Positions 35,202 through 45,525 are shown, counted from the stretch's first letter. The stretch is 64,000 nt of DNA from Candidatus Omnitrophota bacterium (GCA_014728075.1 WJMG01000008.1:15229-79228); one strand, 5' to 3'. Program-made: numbers and translations. The notes: generated by a model from the letters alone, not told the origin.

Positions 35202-36548
35202 ATGGGCAGGTTGACACCTCCGCAACTTCTTATCGTAAGTTTTATCAGCGTCATACTTATCGGCGCTTTTCTGCTGTCCCTTCCCGCGGCGACCGCCGGA
35301 GAGGGAAGGCTTTCCGTGGTGGACAGTCTGTTCACGGCCACGAGCGCTACCTGTGTCACGGGACTGATAGTTAAAGACACGGGGACTTATTTTTCCGATT
35401 TCGGGAAATGGGTCATTTTCGCTCTTTTCCAGGCCGGCGGCCTCGGTATAATGACTTTTTCCACTCTTTTCGCGGTGCTTCTCGGAAGGAAAATAGGGTT
35501 CCGCGAAACCGATGTCATACAGAGCACACTGGACAAGCACAGGATACTCGGGCTGAACAAGCTGATAAGGTACATCGTGACCATAACGCTCGCCGCCGAA
35601 ATACTGGGAGCGGCGTTCCTTTATTTAAGATGGCGCGCGGTGACTTCCTGGGGAGTTGCCGAAACGCTGGAAAGGTCCGTGTTCCATTCGGTCTCGGGTT
35701 TCTGCAACGCGGGGTTCTCGCTTTTCAGCGACAGCCTGACGCGTTTCGTGGCCGATCCCTGGATAAACCTCACGATGATGGCGCTTATCTTTCTCGGCGG
35801 AATAGGCTTTATCGTAACCATGGAGCTTCTGGGGCTTTTCACGAGAAAAGGCCCGAAGAGGCGCCTCAGCTTTCAGGCCAGGACGGTCATCACGGTCTCT
35901 TTTCTGCTGATAGCCGCCGGCGCGGCCTGTGTGATCTTTTTCGAGAAGGACGGGGTCCTTAAAGGTATGCCGTGGGATACTAGAATATTGGCCGCTCTTT
36001 TTCAGTCGGTAACGGCAAGGACGGCGGGATTCAACACGGTAGATACGGCCGCGCTTTCGGTGCCCGTTCTTGTTGTTATCTGCGCTCTTATGTTCGTCGG
36101 GGCTTCGCCCGGTTCGACCGGAGGCGGAATAAAGACCTCTACGGCCGCGGTATTATGGGGGACGGTTACCGGTATGCTCGGAAACAGGAAAAGGGTGATG
36201 ATATTCGACCGTTCCGTGCCGAGGGGGATAATAAGGGAAGCGATCGTGATATTTTTCCTGGCGGTTTCGTGGATATTCGTGTTCACGCTGCTGTTGACTT
36301 TTTTAGAAAAAGATAACCCCGCTGTGGGAGGCGGCCTTGTCAGGCCGCTTTTCGAGGTCATGTCTGCTTTCGGTACAGTAGGGCTTTCTACCGGCATAAC
36401 GGGGGGGCTCTCTTCGGCCGGAAAATTCTGCCTGACCTTGACCATGTTCGCGGGAAGGCTCGGCCCGCTGACCCTGGCCCTGGCTGTAGCTTTCAGGGAA
36501 ACCAAGGGCACTTATGTTTTTCCGGAAGAGACCATAATGGTGGGCTGA
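35202..36548 (+). CDS. ktrB: Ktr/Trk K+ uptake membrane subunit
   Basis: SATCVTGL, FCNAGF, RTAGF, GSTGGGIK, SAFGTVGLS pore motifs. Confidence 0.93.
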   Translation: MGRLTPPQLLIVSFISVILIGAFLLSLPAATAGEGRLSVVDSLFTATSATCVTGLIVKDTGTYFSDFGKWVIFALFQAGGLGIMTFSTLFAVLLGRKIGFRETDVIQSTLDKHRILGLNKLIRYIVTITLAAEILGAAFLYLRWRAVTSWGVAETLERSVFHSVSGFCNAGFSLFSDSLTRFVADPWINLTMMALIFLGGIGFIVTMELLGLFTRKGPKRRLSFQARTVITVSFLLIAAGAACVIFFEKDGVLKGMPWDTRILAALFQSVTARTAGFNTVDTAALSVPVLVVICALMFVGASPGSTGGGIKTSTAAVLWGTVTGMLGNRKRVMIFDRSVPRGIIREAIVIFFLAVSWIFVFTLLLTFLEKDNPAVGGGLVRPLFEVMSAFGTVGLSTGITGGLSSAGKFCLTLTMFAGRLGPLTLALAVAFRETKGTYVFPEETIMVG

Positions 36549-36609
36549 TCCTTCGGCCTCAAATTTTTTCTTCTTTGCCGGGAACGGAAGGCAGAATACT
36601 GGAGGAACG

Positions 36610-37302
36610 ATGAAAAAATTCGCAGTTATAGGTTTAGGGAGGTTCGGGGCGAGCGCCGCGACGACGCTCGCGGAGAAAGAACAGCAGGTTATCGCTATCG
36701 ATACCAGCGAAGAACTGGTGCACGAGGTCATGGACCATGTGACCAAGGCTGTTTGCCTTGACGCCACAGACGAAAAGGCCGCGCGGTCCGTAGGGCTTCA
36801 TAATGTGGATGTAGCGATCTGCGGCATCGGGACCGACCTTGAGGCGAGCATACTGGTGACGCTTCTGTTAAAAGATCTCGGCGTCCCGATCATAGTGTGT
36901 AAGGCCGACAGTCCCGAACACAAGAAAGTCCTGGAAAAGATCGGCGCCACTAAGGTCATACTTCCCGAAAAAGATACGGGCGCGCGACTGGCGGATACGC
37001 TTATCTCGGTATCGGACCAGGTACTCGACCACATAGGCCTTTCCGGGGGAGCCAGCATAATCGAGATCATTGCCCATGAAGAGTTCGTAGGCAAAAGTCT
37101 CAGAGAGCTTGAGATGAGGGCCCGGCACGGCGTGAATGTCATAGCGATAAAGAGGAAAACCATAGTTATAAAGAACGGTATGGAGACCGAAGAGGAGAAT
37201 ATAAATGTCAATCCCCAGGCGGATGATGTGATCTCAAAGGGTGATATACTTGTGGTCTTCGGGGAGGACGACAAGATCGAGAAACTGAAAAACAAGGGAT
37301 GA
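36610..37302 (+). CDS. ktrA: Ktr/Trk K+ uptake RCK regulatory subunit
   Basis: VIGLGRFG, KIGA..VI.PE, RCK_C domain. Confidence 0.93.
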   Translation: MKKFAVIGLGRFGASAATTLAEKEQQVIAIDTSEELVHEVMDHVTKAVCLDATDEKAARSVGLHNVDVAICGIGTDLEASILVTLLLKDLGVPIIVCKADSPEHKKVLEKIGATKVILPEKDTGARLADTLISVSDQVLDHIGLSGGASIIEIIAHEEFVGKSLRELEMRARHGVNVIAIKRKTIVIKNGMETEEENINVNPQADDVISKGDILVVFGEDDKIEKLKNKG

Positions 37303-37312
37303 CGGGGGATCT

Positions 37313-38332
37313 ATGGAGACCGTAAAAAAGCTTGAGCAGATAAAAAAAGAATTTGAGGAAGAGATAAGCTCATGCCGGGGGGAGAAAGAGCTCGAGGATA
37401 TCAGGATACGATATCTCGGCCGCAAAGGGGAGCTTACCTCGGTCCTGAGGTCCCTTTCCGGTCTCTCTCCCGAGGAGAAAAGAGAAGTAGGGAAAAAGGC
37501 GAACATTTTCAAGAACGAGTTCTCAAGCCGTATTGATTCCCTGAAGAGCGAGCTTGAAGAGAAAGAGGAAGAGGATACCCCGGGTTACGATATTACCCTT
37601 CCGGGCACCGCGCCTTCCGAAGGCTCGGTGCACCCCATAACCCGGGTTATGGGCAGAATAAGCGATATTTTCGTTTCTCTGGGGTTCAGAATAGCGGACG
37701 GTCCGGAAGTGGAATCGGAGTTCTACAATTTCGAGGCCCTTAACATCCCGCTCGACCATCCTTCGAGGGACGCCTTCGACACTTTTTATGTGGAAGGGGA
37801 ATATCTGCTGAGAAGCCATACTTCCAATGTACAGATACACATAATGCAGGAAGAAGAACCTCCGCTCCAGGTGATAATGCCGGGCAGGGTATACAGACCG
37901 GACGCTGTCGACGCGACACATTCTTTCATGTTCCACCAGGTGGAGGGCCTTATGGTGGGAGAGGACATAAGGTTTTCCGATCTTAAGGGTGTACTTTCTC
38001 TTTTTTGTAAAAGCATGTTCGGGAAAGACATTAAAATGCGCTTGCGGCCGCATTTTTTTCCGTTCACCGAGCCAAGCGCGGAAGTCGACATCTCCTGTAT
38101 AATATGCGGGGGGAAAGGGTGCCGCGTTTGTTCGGGCAACGGATGGCTCGAGATACTGGGAGCGGGAATGGTGAATCCCAGGGTTTTCGAGGCGGTTGGT
38201 TACGACCCCGGAAAATACACAGGATTCGCTTTCGGAATGGGTGTCGAAAGGATAGCGATGCTTCTTTACGGCATCGACGACATACGCCTTTTCTACGAGA
38301 ACGACATCAGGTTTTTGGAGCAGTTCAGGTAA
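37313..38332 (+). CDS. pheS: phenylalanyl-tRNA synthetase alpha
   Basis: HP.R..DTFY, LRSHTS, FHQVEG, FPFTEPS, GFAFGMG.ER. Confidence 0.98.
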   Translation: METVKKLEQIKKEFEEEISSCRGEKELEDIRIRYLGRKGELTSVLRSLSGLSPEEKREVGKKANIFKNEFSSRIDSLKSELEEKEEEDTPGYDITLPGTAPSEGSVHPITRVMGRISDIFVSLGFRIADGPEVESEFYNFEALNIPLDHPSRDAFDTFYVEGEYLLRSHTSNVQIHIMQEEEPPLQVIMPGRVYRPDAVDATHSFMFHQVEGLMVGEDIRFSDLKGVLSLFCKSMFGKDIKMRLRPHFFPFTEPSAEVDISCIICGGKGCRVCSGNGWLEILGAGMVNPRVFEAVGYDPGKYTGFAFGMGVERIAMLLYGIDDIRLFYENDIRFLEQFR

Positions 38333-38459
38333 TTGATCGCAGAGCGATCAATTACAGGTAGAGGCAAAGGTAGAGGTAGAGAAACGGCTTTCTATGCCTA
38401 CACCTGTACCTATACCTGAATTTTTATTTGCCCGAAGGGCATAGAATAAAGGAATACCC

Positions 38460-40508
38460 ATGAAACTAAGCTATAACTGGATAAAAGATTACATCGACCT
38501 TGAAGGAATAACCCCCGGGGAACTGGCGCATGCCCTTACCATGTCGGGCTCCGAGGTGGATTCGATGGAGGATGCGGGCGGAGATAAGGTTATGGAGATG
38601 GAAATAACCTCTAACCGCCCGGATTGCCTTAACATGATAGGCCTTGCCCGTGAGGCTTCCGCCGTTTTCGACAGGGACCTTAAACTGCCCGGTATGACGC
38701 TTGAGGCGAATCTTGTCGACAAGGAGATAGAGAGGAGGGAATGCGTTATTGAGGCCGCAGACCTCTGTCCGTTTTATACGGCAAGGGTTGTTTCGGGTGT
38801 TTCGGTGAGGGCTTGCGGCGGGGAAATAAAGGAAAAGCTCTCGGCCCTGGGCATGAGGCCGGTGAACAATATAGTAGATATTACTAATTTCTGCCTTATG
38901 GAGACCGGCCAGCCTCTCCACGCCTTCGATCTGGATAAGATCAAGGGCGGCAGGGTCTATATCAGGAAAGCCGCAAAAGGCGAGAAGATAACCACCATCG
39001 ACGATGTCGAAAGGGAGCTTGAGGAGGGAATGCTGGTAATAGCCGATTCCTCCGGTCCGGTGGCGGTAGCAGGTGTCATGGGCGGCAAGGAAACCGAGGT
39101 TACGGAGTCCACGGAAAATATCCTTCTGGAAAGCGCTTATTTCGACCCGCTTTCAATAAGGCGGACAGCCAGGGCGCTCGGCCTTTCCAGCGATTCGAGT
39201 TACAGGTTCGAAAGGGGCGTGGACAAGGCTTCGGTCATACCGTCTTCCGACAGGGCGGCTTCTCTTATCATCGCTGAAGCGGGCGGTAAAGCCGGCCTGA
39301 TGTCGGTCTCGGGACAACTGGAAGCTCCCGGAAAAAAGATAGAGTTCGACATAACCGGCGCCGAAAGGGTTCTCGGGGTCTCGCTGCAGAAAGCGAGGAC
39401 CGTGAGGATACTCGAAAGGCTCGGAGCGGAGGTAACGGAAAAGAAAGAAGGCGGCCTCAGTGTAAAGGTGCCGTCTTTCCGCGAAGACCTGGAGAGGGAG
39501 ATAGACCTTGTCGAAGAGGTGGCCCGTGTGTTCGGATACGATAATATACCGGTTACGATATCAAGGTTCGTGCCGTCGATAGAGAGAAAAAATCATTCGC
39601 GCAGGGTGCTGGACCGCATACGGCGAAGCCTGCCCGCATTCGGGATGAGTGAGATCATGTCCTACAGCCTGATCGGACAAGAGGCCGCTGAAAGGTTCAA
39701 GAGCATTGTGTCCGGCGAGGTGGTCCTGGATAATCCTCTTTCGGAAGAGCATAAAGTGCTCACGCCTCATCTTCTTGACGGCATGCTCAAAGCGGTTTCG
39801 CATAATCTTAACCGTCAGAACACGGACCTGCGCCTTTTCGAGATAGGAAAGATCTATTCAAGGGCGGAAGGAAAAACGCCGTTCGACGAGGAGGAAACAT
39901 TCTGCGCTGCGGTGACCGGAGAGGTCGATCGCGGCTGGCAAACGGATTCGAGGCCGGCGGATATCTTTTACCTCAAAGGCGTCGTGGACGGCATGCTGGC
40001 GCCCCTGAAACTGAAAGCGGAATACAGCCCGTCGGTTATAAAAGGATTAAGCGGAGCGGCCGAAATAAAACTGTCCGGGGAAAAAGACCCCATCGGCGTA
40101 ATAGCCGGTGTCAGCCCCCGCATGCTTAAGGAATATAACATACAGCAGCCGGTCTTTGCCGTCCAGCTGAGACTTCGCCGGGTTATGGAAAAGGCCGTTC
40201 TGGAGAAACATTACCACTCCATCCCCAAATTCCCCTTCTCTTCAAGGGATGTATCGGTCCTTTGCGTCGTGGATACCCCCGCGGGAGAAATAAAAAAGGT
40301 CATATCCGCTACGGGTGAAGATCTCATTCGCGATGTCCGGCTTGTGGACATTTATGAAGGCGATCAGGTCCCCGAAGGAAAGAAAAGTCTTACCTATAGT
40401 ATTACCTACGGGCTTGACACCCGCACCTTGAGGGAAGAAGAGATAGAGGCTGTCCACGGGAAGATCAAAGAGGCGCTTCAGAAAGACCTGGGAGTGAGTT
40501 TCAGGTGA
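38460..40508 (+). CDS. pheT: phenylalanyl-tRNA synthetase beta (short form)
   Basis: MKLSYNW, NRPDCL, GQPLHAFD, RFERG, DLVEEVAR, C-terminal FDX-ACB. Confidence 0.97.
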   Translation: MKLSYNWIKDYIDLEGITPGELAHALTMSGSEVDSMEDAGGDKVMEMEITSNRPDCLNMIGLAREASAVFDRDLKLPGMTLEANLVDKEIERRECVIEAADLCPFYTARVVSGVSVRACGGEIKEKLSALGMRPVNNIVDITNFCLMETGQPLHAFDLDKIKGGRVYIRKAAKGEKITTIDDVERELEEGMLVIADSSGPVAVAGVMGGKETEVTESTENILLESAYFDPLSIRRTARALGLSSDSSYRFERGVDKASVIPSSDRAASLIIAEAGGKAGLMSVSGQLEAPGKKIEFDITGAERVLGVSLQKARTVRILERLGAEVTEKKEGGLSVKVPSFREDLEREIDLVEEVARVFGYDNIPVTISRFVPSIERKNHSRRVLDRIRRSLPAFGMSEIMSYSLIGQEAAERFKSIVSGEVVLDNPLSEEHKVLTPHLLDGMLKAVSHNLNRQNTDLRLFEIGKIYSRAEGKTPFDEEETFCAAVTGEVDRGWQTDSRPADIFYLKGVVDGMLAPLKLKAEYSPSVIKGLSGAAEIKLSGEKDPIGVIAGVSPRMLKEYNIQQPVFAVQLRLRRVMEKAVLEKHYHSIPKFPFSSRDVSVLCVVDTPAGEIKKVISATGEDLIRDVRLVDIYEGDQVPEGKKSLTYSITYGLDTRTLREEEIEAVHGKIKEALQKDLGVSFR

Positions 40509-40591
40509 AATAGTGGCCAGCGTACAGGGGGGCAGCGTATAGGGTATAGGGTAAACGCTGCATGCTGCACGCTAAATGCCGGAAAATAATA

Positions 40592-40620
40592 TTGTCGCGC
40601 CCGTTCAGGGATGGTATAAT
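40592..40620 (+). promoter_or_regulatory. sigma70-type promoter of 6S RNA
   Basis: TTGTCG-N17-TATAAT with TG extension. Confidence 0.7.
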
Positions 40621-40626
40621 TACTTT

Positions 40627-40785
40627 ATAACGCCTGTTGAGTCCGTGATGCGGGTTGAAGTAATTTGGCCAACACATATTAAGCGGGAGCTTAACTCCGG
40701 CTATCCCTGGGGAACGCCGGGAGAGCACCCACCTGGGAGACCAGGCCTCAAATTCTCTTCCTGCACACGGCTCAAACGGGTTTAA
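40627..40785 (+). ncRNA. ssrS: 6S RNA
   Basis: Long closing stem CCTGTTGAGTCCGTG..GCGGG / CCTGC..CACGGCTCAAACGGG, GGGAGC and CACCCACCTG cores; downstream of pheT, own promoter and terminator. Confidence 0.85.
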
Positions 40786-40815
40786 AAACCGGCTATGGCC
40801 GGTTTTTTTGTTTTT
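40784..40815 (+). terminator. intrinsic terminator after 6S RNA
   Basis: AAAAACCGGC-TATG-GCCGGTTTTTTT. Confidence 0.8.
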
Positions 40816-40852
40816 ACAGAACAAACATTTATACGGCATACACAGATATTGT

Positions 40853-41190
40853 AGATTGCTTCGCTTCTTCGAAGCTCGCAATGACATTATGGAGCGAGAT
40901 TAAGATCCTTCGTTCTCTGCTTCGCCAAGGCTCCGGAGAAGTCCTCAGAATGATGGTGGCAGGTCATGGCTCGGAGGTCATAGGGCTTAGGAGGCGATAA
41001 AGTGTCAAAGTATCAAAGTGTCAGCCTTCGGCAGGCGCAAGGCAAAAGGAGAGCGTAAAATATTTATAAAAATAGCCCTTAGCCTTTAGCCATGCGTCTT
41101 TACCCTGAATAGCGTCATTGCGAGAGAGTGCAACGACCGAAGCAATAAGAATTCTCGAGCCGGGCTTCGCTCTCACTCGCAAGGACAAAG
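40853..41190. repeat. mosaic of GTCATTGCGAG-type palindromic elements and heptamer arrays
   Basis: AGATTGCTTCG..CTCGCAATGAC, GTCATTGCGAG..GAAGCAAT, GGTCATA/G, AAAGTRTC, CCTTTAG arrays. Confidence 0.7.
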
Positions 41191-41201
41191 CTGGAACAAC
41201 C

Positions 41202-42533
41202 ATGGACTTTTTCGAACAAAAAACAAATAAAACATTCAAAAACACCGCCCCGCTCGCCAACAGGATGTGCCCTGAAAAACTTGAGCATTTTTTCGGGCAG
41301 GAGCACATCATCGGAGAAGGCAAGCTTCTCAGGCGCGCTATTGAGGCGGACAGGCTTTCATCTGTGATATTCTACGGGCCTCCCGGTACGGGGAAGACCG
41401 CGCTGGCCACCGTTATATCACAGAAGACCGGCGCCCAGTTCGTGAAAAAGAACGCGGTTTCCAGCAATGTCGCTGAAACACGCAAGGTCATAGACGACGC
41501 CGCGAAGCTCAAGAAGCTGAACGGGAAAAAGACCATACTTCTTCTGGACGAGATACACCGTTTCAATAAGGCCCAGCAGGATGTTCTTCTCCCGGAAGTT
41601 GAGGCCGGGACGCTTACCCTTATAGGTACGACCACCGAAAACCCTTATTTTTCGGTCAATTCGGCCTTGATATCCCGAAGCCAGGTTTTTGAGTTCAAGG
41701 CTCTTTCGAAAGAAGCGGTGGTCCGCATGATGAACCGGGCCCTTGCCGACAGAGAGAACGGGCTGGGGAAAATGAACCTGAAGGTAGAGGACGCGGCCCT
41801 TGAGCACCTCGCGAGAACTTCCGACGGTGACGGCAGAAAGGCTCTCGGCGCGCTCGAGATAGCCGCGCTGACGACCGCCCCGGACAAAGACGGCGCCGTT
41901 CACATAGACCTGGCCGTCGCGGAAGAGTCCATTCAGAAAAAAGCAATAGTTTACGACCGTGATGGTGATGCTCATTACGATGTGGCCAGTGCTTATATTA
42001 AAAGCATGAGAGGCTCCGACCCGGACGCCGCGCTTTACTGGCTGGCGAAGATGATAGTCGCCGGGGAGGACCCCAGGTTCATAGCCAGGAGGATGGTGAT
42101 ATGCGCCGCTGAAGATGTGGGCAACGCGGACCCCCGGGCGCTGATCGTAGCCAATTCCGCTATGCAGGCGGCGGATTTCGTGGGATTTCCCGAAGCCCGC
42201 ATACCGCTCGCGCAGGCGACCGTCTACATAGCCTGTGCTCCCAAGAGCAACGCCTCTTATATGGCTATAGATAAAGCGATAGCGGATGTGGAAAAGGAAA
42301 GGACCCAGGAAGTGCCGGACCACCTCAAGGACGCTCATTACAAAGGGGCCAGGGACCTGGGGCGGGGAGAAGGGTATAAATACGCGCATTCTTACGACGG
42401 CCACTATGTAAAGCAGAACTATACGCGGGTAAAGAAAAGGTATTACATTCCCACGGAAATGGGATACGAGAAGAAGATTAAAGAGTGGATGGAGTTATTG
42501 CGAGGTAACAGCAAGAAGGCTCGTAGTTCTTAG
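41202..42533 (+). CDS. rarA: replication-associated recombination protein A (MgsA)
   Basis: PLANRMCP, GPPGTGKT, DEIHRFNKAQQD, TTENP, KSMRGSDPDA, EDVGNADP. Confidence 0.96.
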   Translation: MDFFEQKTNKTFKNTAPLANRMCPEKLEHFFGQEHIIGEGKLLRRAIEADRLSSVIFYGPPGTGKTALATVISQKTGAQFVKKNAVSSNVAETRKVIDDAAKLKKLNGKKTILLLDEIHRFNKAQQDVLLPEVEAGTLTLIGTTTENPYFSVNSALISRSQVFEFKALSKEAVVRMMNRALADRENGLGKMNLKVEDAALEHLARTSDGDGRKALGALEIAALTTAPDKDGAVHIDLAVAEESIQKKAIVYDRDGDAHYDVASAYIKSMRGSDPDAALYWLAKMIVAGEDPRFIARRMVICAAEDVGNADPRALIVANSAMQAADFVGFPEARIPLAQATVYIACAPKSNASYMAIDKAIADVEKERTQEVPDHLKDAHYKGARDLGRGEGYKYAHSYDGHYVKQNYTRVKKRYYIPTEMGYEKKIKEWMELLRGNSKKARSS

Positions 42534-43095
42534 CTCATGGCTCATAGTGTAGGAAGTGTCTGTGGATCGGGGTTTCTCCCCTTGATCAGGCGAGAGGCCA
42601 GAGGCGAGGGGCAAGAGGAAGAATCTATAGCCCTTAGCCTATTGCCTCTAGCCTTATTCCGTCATTGCGAGGAGTTACTGTAGGAGCGGCCTCCTGGCCG
42701 CGAACAAATAATCGAACGACGAAGCAATCTAAAAAAGCGCCAAGCGTCGAGGCATGGCGCCGGAGCACCGGGCAATGAGAAATGAAGGATGAGGATGGAG
42801 GGTGTCGGGTAATAGTGAAAGTTGAGGATGTAAGGAGGAAAGGTATAGGCAAAGGAAAAGGGTGAAGGGTATATGAGAGCGTGCCCGGAAGGATCAAGGA
42901 TTAAGGATAAAATTCAGGAAGTGGCTGTTATTGCCACGAGTATCGAGTGCCCCATTGTTATCCAGAGGAAGTCCTCGGAGGTTCATTGAATCTTCGAGGA
43001 CTTCAAAGGATCTGGTTGGCTGATATCTGAAGTCCGAAATCTGATAGCTAAAAACAGCCTTTAGCCAGAGCCCTGATACCCGATACCGGATCCTC
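42534..43095. repeat. intergenic repeat mosaic
   Basis: GCTCATR, GGCNAGA/TNGCCTN, GTCATTGCGAG..GAAGCAATCT (42661-42730), AAGGATY, ATCTGAN, GATACCS arrays. Confidence 0.7.
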
Positions 43096-43163
43096 GACAT
43101 ATTGTTTTATTTGAACGGGTTAATGCTTGACGCTATACACTTAACGTTAACACAGGAGAACGC

Positions 43164-44162
43164 ATGTCGATCAAAGCAATAGCGCTTATATCAGGCGGGC
43201 TTGACAGCCTTCTGGCCGCGAAGGTCGTCCAGGCGCAGGATATTGATGTCCTGGGTGTCGCTTTTGTCATGGCGCCGGCGTCCACCGATATAGATCGGAC
43301 TGCCGAAGAGATAAAGGAAATATCGGAAAAAGCGGGTGTGCCGGTAAAGGTGGCCGATATCTCCGAAGATTTCGTAGAGATGATGAAAGATCCGCCGCAC
43401 GGCTTCGGTTCCGAGATGAACCCCTGCATAGACTGCAAGATAATGATGATGAGAAAGGTGAAAGCCATGATGGAGGCGGAAGAGGCCCGCTTCGTTGTAA
43501 CGGGCGAGGTCCTGGGAGAAAGGCCCATGTCCCAGAACAGGCAGTCGCTTCAGCTCATACAGAAAGTATCGGGCCTGGGTGATGTGCTGCTGCGGCCTCT
43601 GTCGGCAAAACTCCTGGATGAGACCGCCCCGGAAAAAGAAGGCCTGGTGGACAGGGGCCGGCTTCATGATATACAGGGCAGAAGCCGTAAACCCCAGCTT
43701 GCCCTGGCGAAAAAATACGGAATAAAAAAATATTCTCCGCCCGGAGTGAGCTGTCTTTTGACGGATCCCGGGTTTTCGGCAAGGATAAAGGACCTTGCCC
43801 GCCACGAAGGGCTGAGTGTTGAGAATATCGAGCTTATCAAGATCGGAAGGCAGTTCCGGCTGGACGAAAAGACCCGGGCGATAGTCGGCCGCAACGAGCA
43901 AGAGAACGAGAAACTGTGCGAGGCGCAATCGGGTGACGACCTTCTTTTCCGTTTTTCCGAGGACCTGCCGGGGCCGGATGTGCTTTTGAGGGGTAAAGGG
44001 GATGATGAGAATATAAAAAAAGCCGCGTCCTTTGTTGTGAGCTACTCGAAATACAGGGATAAGCCTTCCATGGAAATCGCTTACTGGAGGGACGGAGGAG
44101 AAGAGAGGACCATGGTTGTGCCGCCTCTTCCGGAAGAGGAGATAGAGGAGTATAGAATATAG
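43164..44162 (+). CDS. PP-loop tRNA thiolase-like protein (ThiI/MnmA-like)
   Basis: SGGLDS PP-loop, NPCIDC, TGEVLGERPMSQ, GRSRKPQ, CLLTDP, IGRQFR, VGRNE.EN. Confidence 0.85.
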   Translation: MSIKAIALISGGLDSLLAAKVVQAQDIDVLGVAFVMAPASTDIDRTAEEIKEISEKAGVPVKVADISEDFVEMMKDPPHGFGSEMNPCIDCKIMMMRKVKAMMEAEEARFVVTGEVLGERPMSQNRQSLQLIQKVSGLGDVLLRPLSAKLLDETAPEKEGLVDRGRLHDIQGRSRKPQLALAKKYGIKKYSPPGVSCLLTDPGFSARIKDLARHEGLSVENIELIKIGRQFRLDEKTRAIVGRNEQENEKLCEAQSGDDLLFRFSEDLPGPDVLLRGKGDDENIKKAASFVVSYSKYRDKPSMEIAYWRDGGEERTMVVPPLPEEEIEEYRI

Positions 44163-44343
44163 CGCCAAGAGCCAAGCGTTAAGAAAGCTATCAGCCTTCA
44201 GCTGTCAGCTTTCAGCTAAGGAAGGGGCTGTGGATTGGTGCTGCGCACCCAGGCGTCATTGCGAGGAACGAAGAGACGAAGCAATCTTAACCTAAACCTA
44301 TACCTGCTCGCGTAGCGAGCTTAACCTGCTCGGAGGGCAATAC

Positions 44344-44733
44344 ATGAAAGAAACCGGCTACATAGTCGAGATCAAGGATAACGAGCTTATTATCGAGATA
44401 CGGCCGCACGAAGCGTGTTCCAAATGCTGCTCGTGCGGAGCCGGTAAGAAGCGGCAGATGACAGTAAGCTCATCAGGGATATCTGATCCCGCGATAGGGG
44501 ATAAGGTTGGGGTCGAAATAGACGACTCGGTAATGCTGAGGGTATACGGCCTCGTTTACGGTATACCTCTGGTGATATTCACGATGGGCATTGTCCTGAG
44601 CTATCTTTTTCTTACCAGGTCCCCCGGCGTCTCTTTTCTCGTGGGGCTTATCCTCATGGGCGCGTCCTTTTTTCTGACCACCCGCGTTTTCAAGAATAAC
44701 CCCAAATACTCTCCAAGGGTTACTAGACTATGA
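44344..44733 (+). CDS. SoxR-reducing system RseC/MucC family protein
   Basis: MKETGYIV, CSKCCSC, GD.V.V, YGIPL, two TM helices. Confidence 0.85.
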   Translation: MKETGYIVEIKDNELIIEIRPHEACSKCCSCGAGKKRQMTVSSSGISDPAIGDKVGVEIDDSVMLRVYGLVYGIPLVIFTMGIVLSYLFLTRSPGVSFLVGLILMGASFFLTTRVFKNNPKYSPRVTRL

Positions 44734-44970
44734 CGCCTAAGGCTTTATAAATAATAGGTTTAGCTTCAGGCATAGGTTCAGCAGGCCCTCGCCTCACGCG
44801 TTATTGCGGGGAAGATTGAGGAGACGACGAAGCGAGCTCCAAAGTTAAACCTGTTACCTGAACCAAACCCTACACCTTATACGCTCTACCCATCCCTCAT
44901 TTCTCATTAACCGGTGCTTTTTATGCTCTGGTGCATTGCTGCGCTAACTTAACTCTCGCGGCGGCGTAAT

Positions 44971-45029
44971 TGTACCGGGTACCGCCTTAGCTTTGTACCC
45001 GGTACAGAGCCGAGTTCGTACCTGTCCCC
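44971..45029. repeat. palindromic variant of the 36-bp REP-like repeat
   Basis: TGTACCGGGTAC-CGCCTTAGCTTT-GTACCCGGTACA followed by GTACCTGTCCCC. Confidence 0.7.
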
Positions 45030-45123
45030 CCGGCCTCTATGCGCGGCACCGATACGCGGCTAATTCCTTAGTTGGCAGCTTATGTCTGATGTCTGACAGC
45101 TAGTATAGGAACAAGGCGAACTT

Positions 45124-45148
45124 ATACTTGACTTTTTTAGTCAGGTAT
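45124..45148 (+). promoter_or_regulatory. IscR type-1-like operator overlapping a -35 box
   Basis: ATACTTGACTTTTTTAGTCAGGTAT vs consensus ATASYYGACTRwwwYAGTCRRSTAT (one mismatch); TTGACT-N17-TATTCT. Confidence 0.75.
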
Positions 45149-45306
45149 AATATTCTAAACATTCAGTGGAGACGAGCGTTTAGGTAAAAAGTAAAAAGGC
45201 AAAAGGTAAAAGGTAAGGAATTTTTAGTATTTAATTCTGTAAATACATATATTTTCTACTTTTCACTTTTAACTTTTTACTTAAAAGGTTGGATGAGGAG
45301 GAAACA

Positions 45307-45525
45307 ATGGAAGACCAGGTAAAGACAGCTATAGAGAAAATAAGGCCGTTACTCCAGAGGGACGGAGGGGATATTGAATTCGTCGAGATGGACGGCGCGG
45401 TAGTGAAAGTAAAACTCCAGGGAGCCTGCGGGTCGTGCCCGATGGCCCAGATGACCCTCAAGGGAGTCGTCGAGCAGACATTGAAACAGGAAGTCCCCGG
45501 GGTAGAGAAAGTTGAGACGGTGTAG
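45307..45525 (+). CDS. NifU C-terminal domain (Nfu-type) Fe-S carrier
   Basis: IRPLLQRDGGDIE, LQGACGSCP, TLKGVVE. Confidence 0.93.
   Translation: MEDQVKTAIEKIRPLLQRDGGDIEFVEMDGAVVKVKLQGACGSCPMAQMTLKGVVEQTLKQEVPGVEKVETV

Noticed and set aside
42900-43025. Remnant of a four-helix-bundle gene (FKDL..W-like)
   Set aside because: It needs a frameshift, is only a few residues long, and is equally explained by the GAAGTCCTCG/CGAGGACTTC hairpin.
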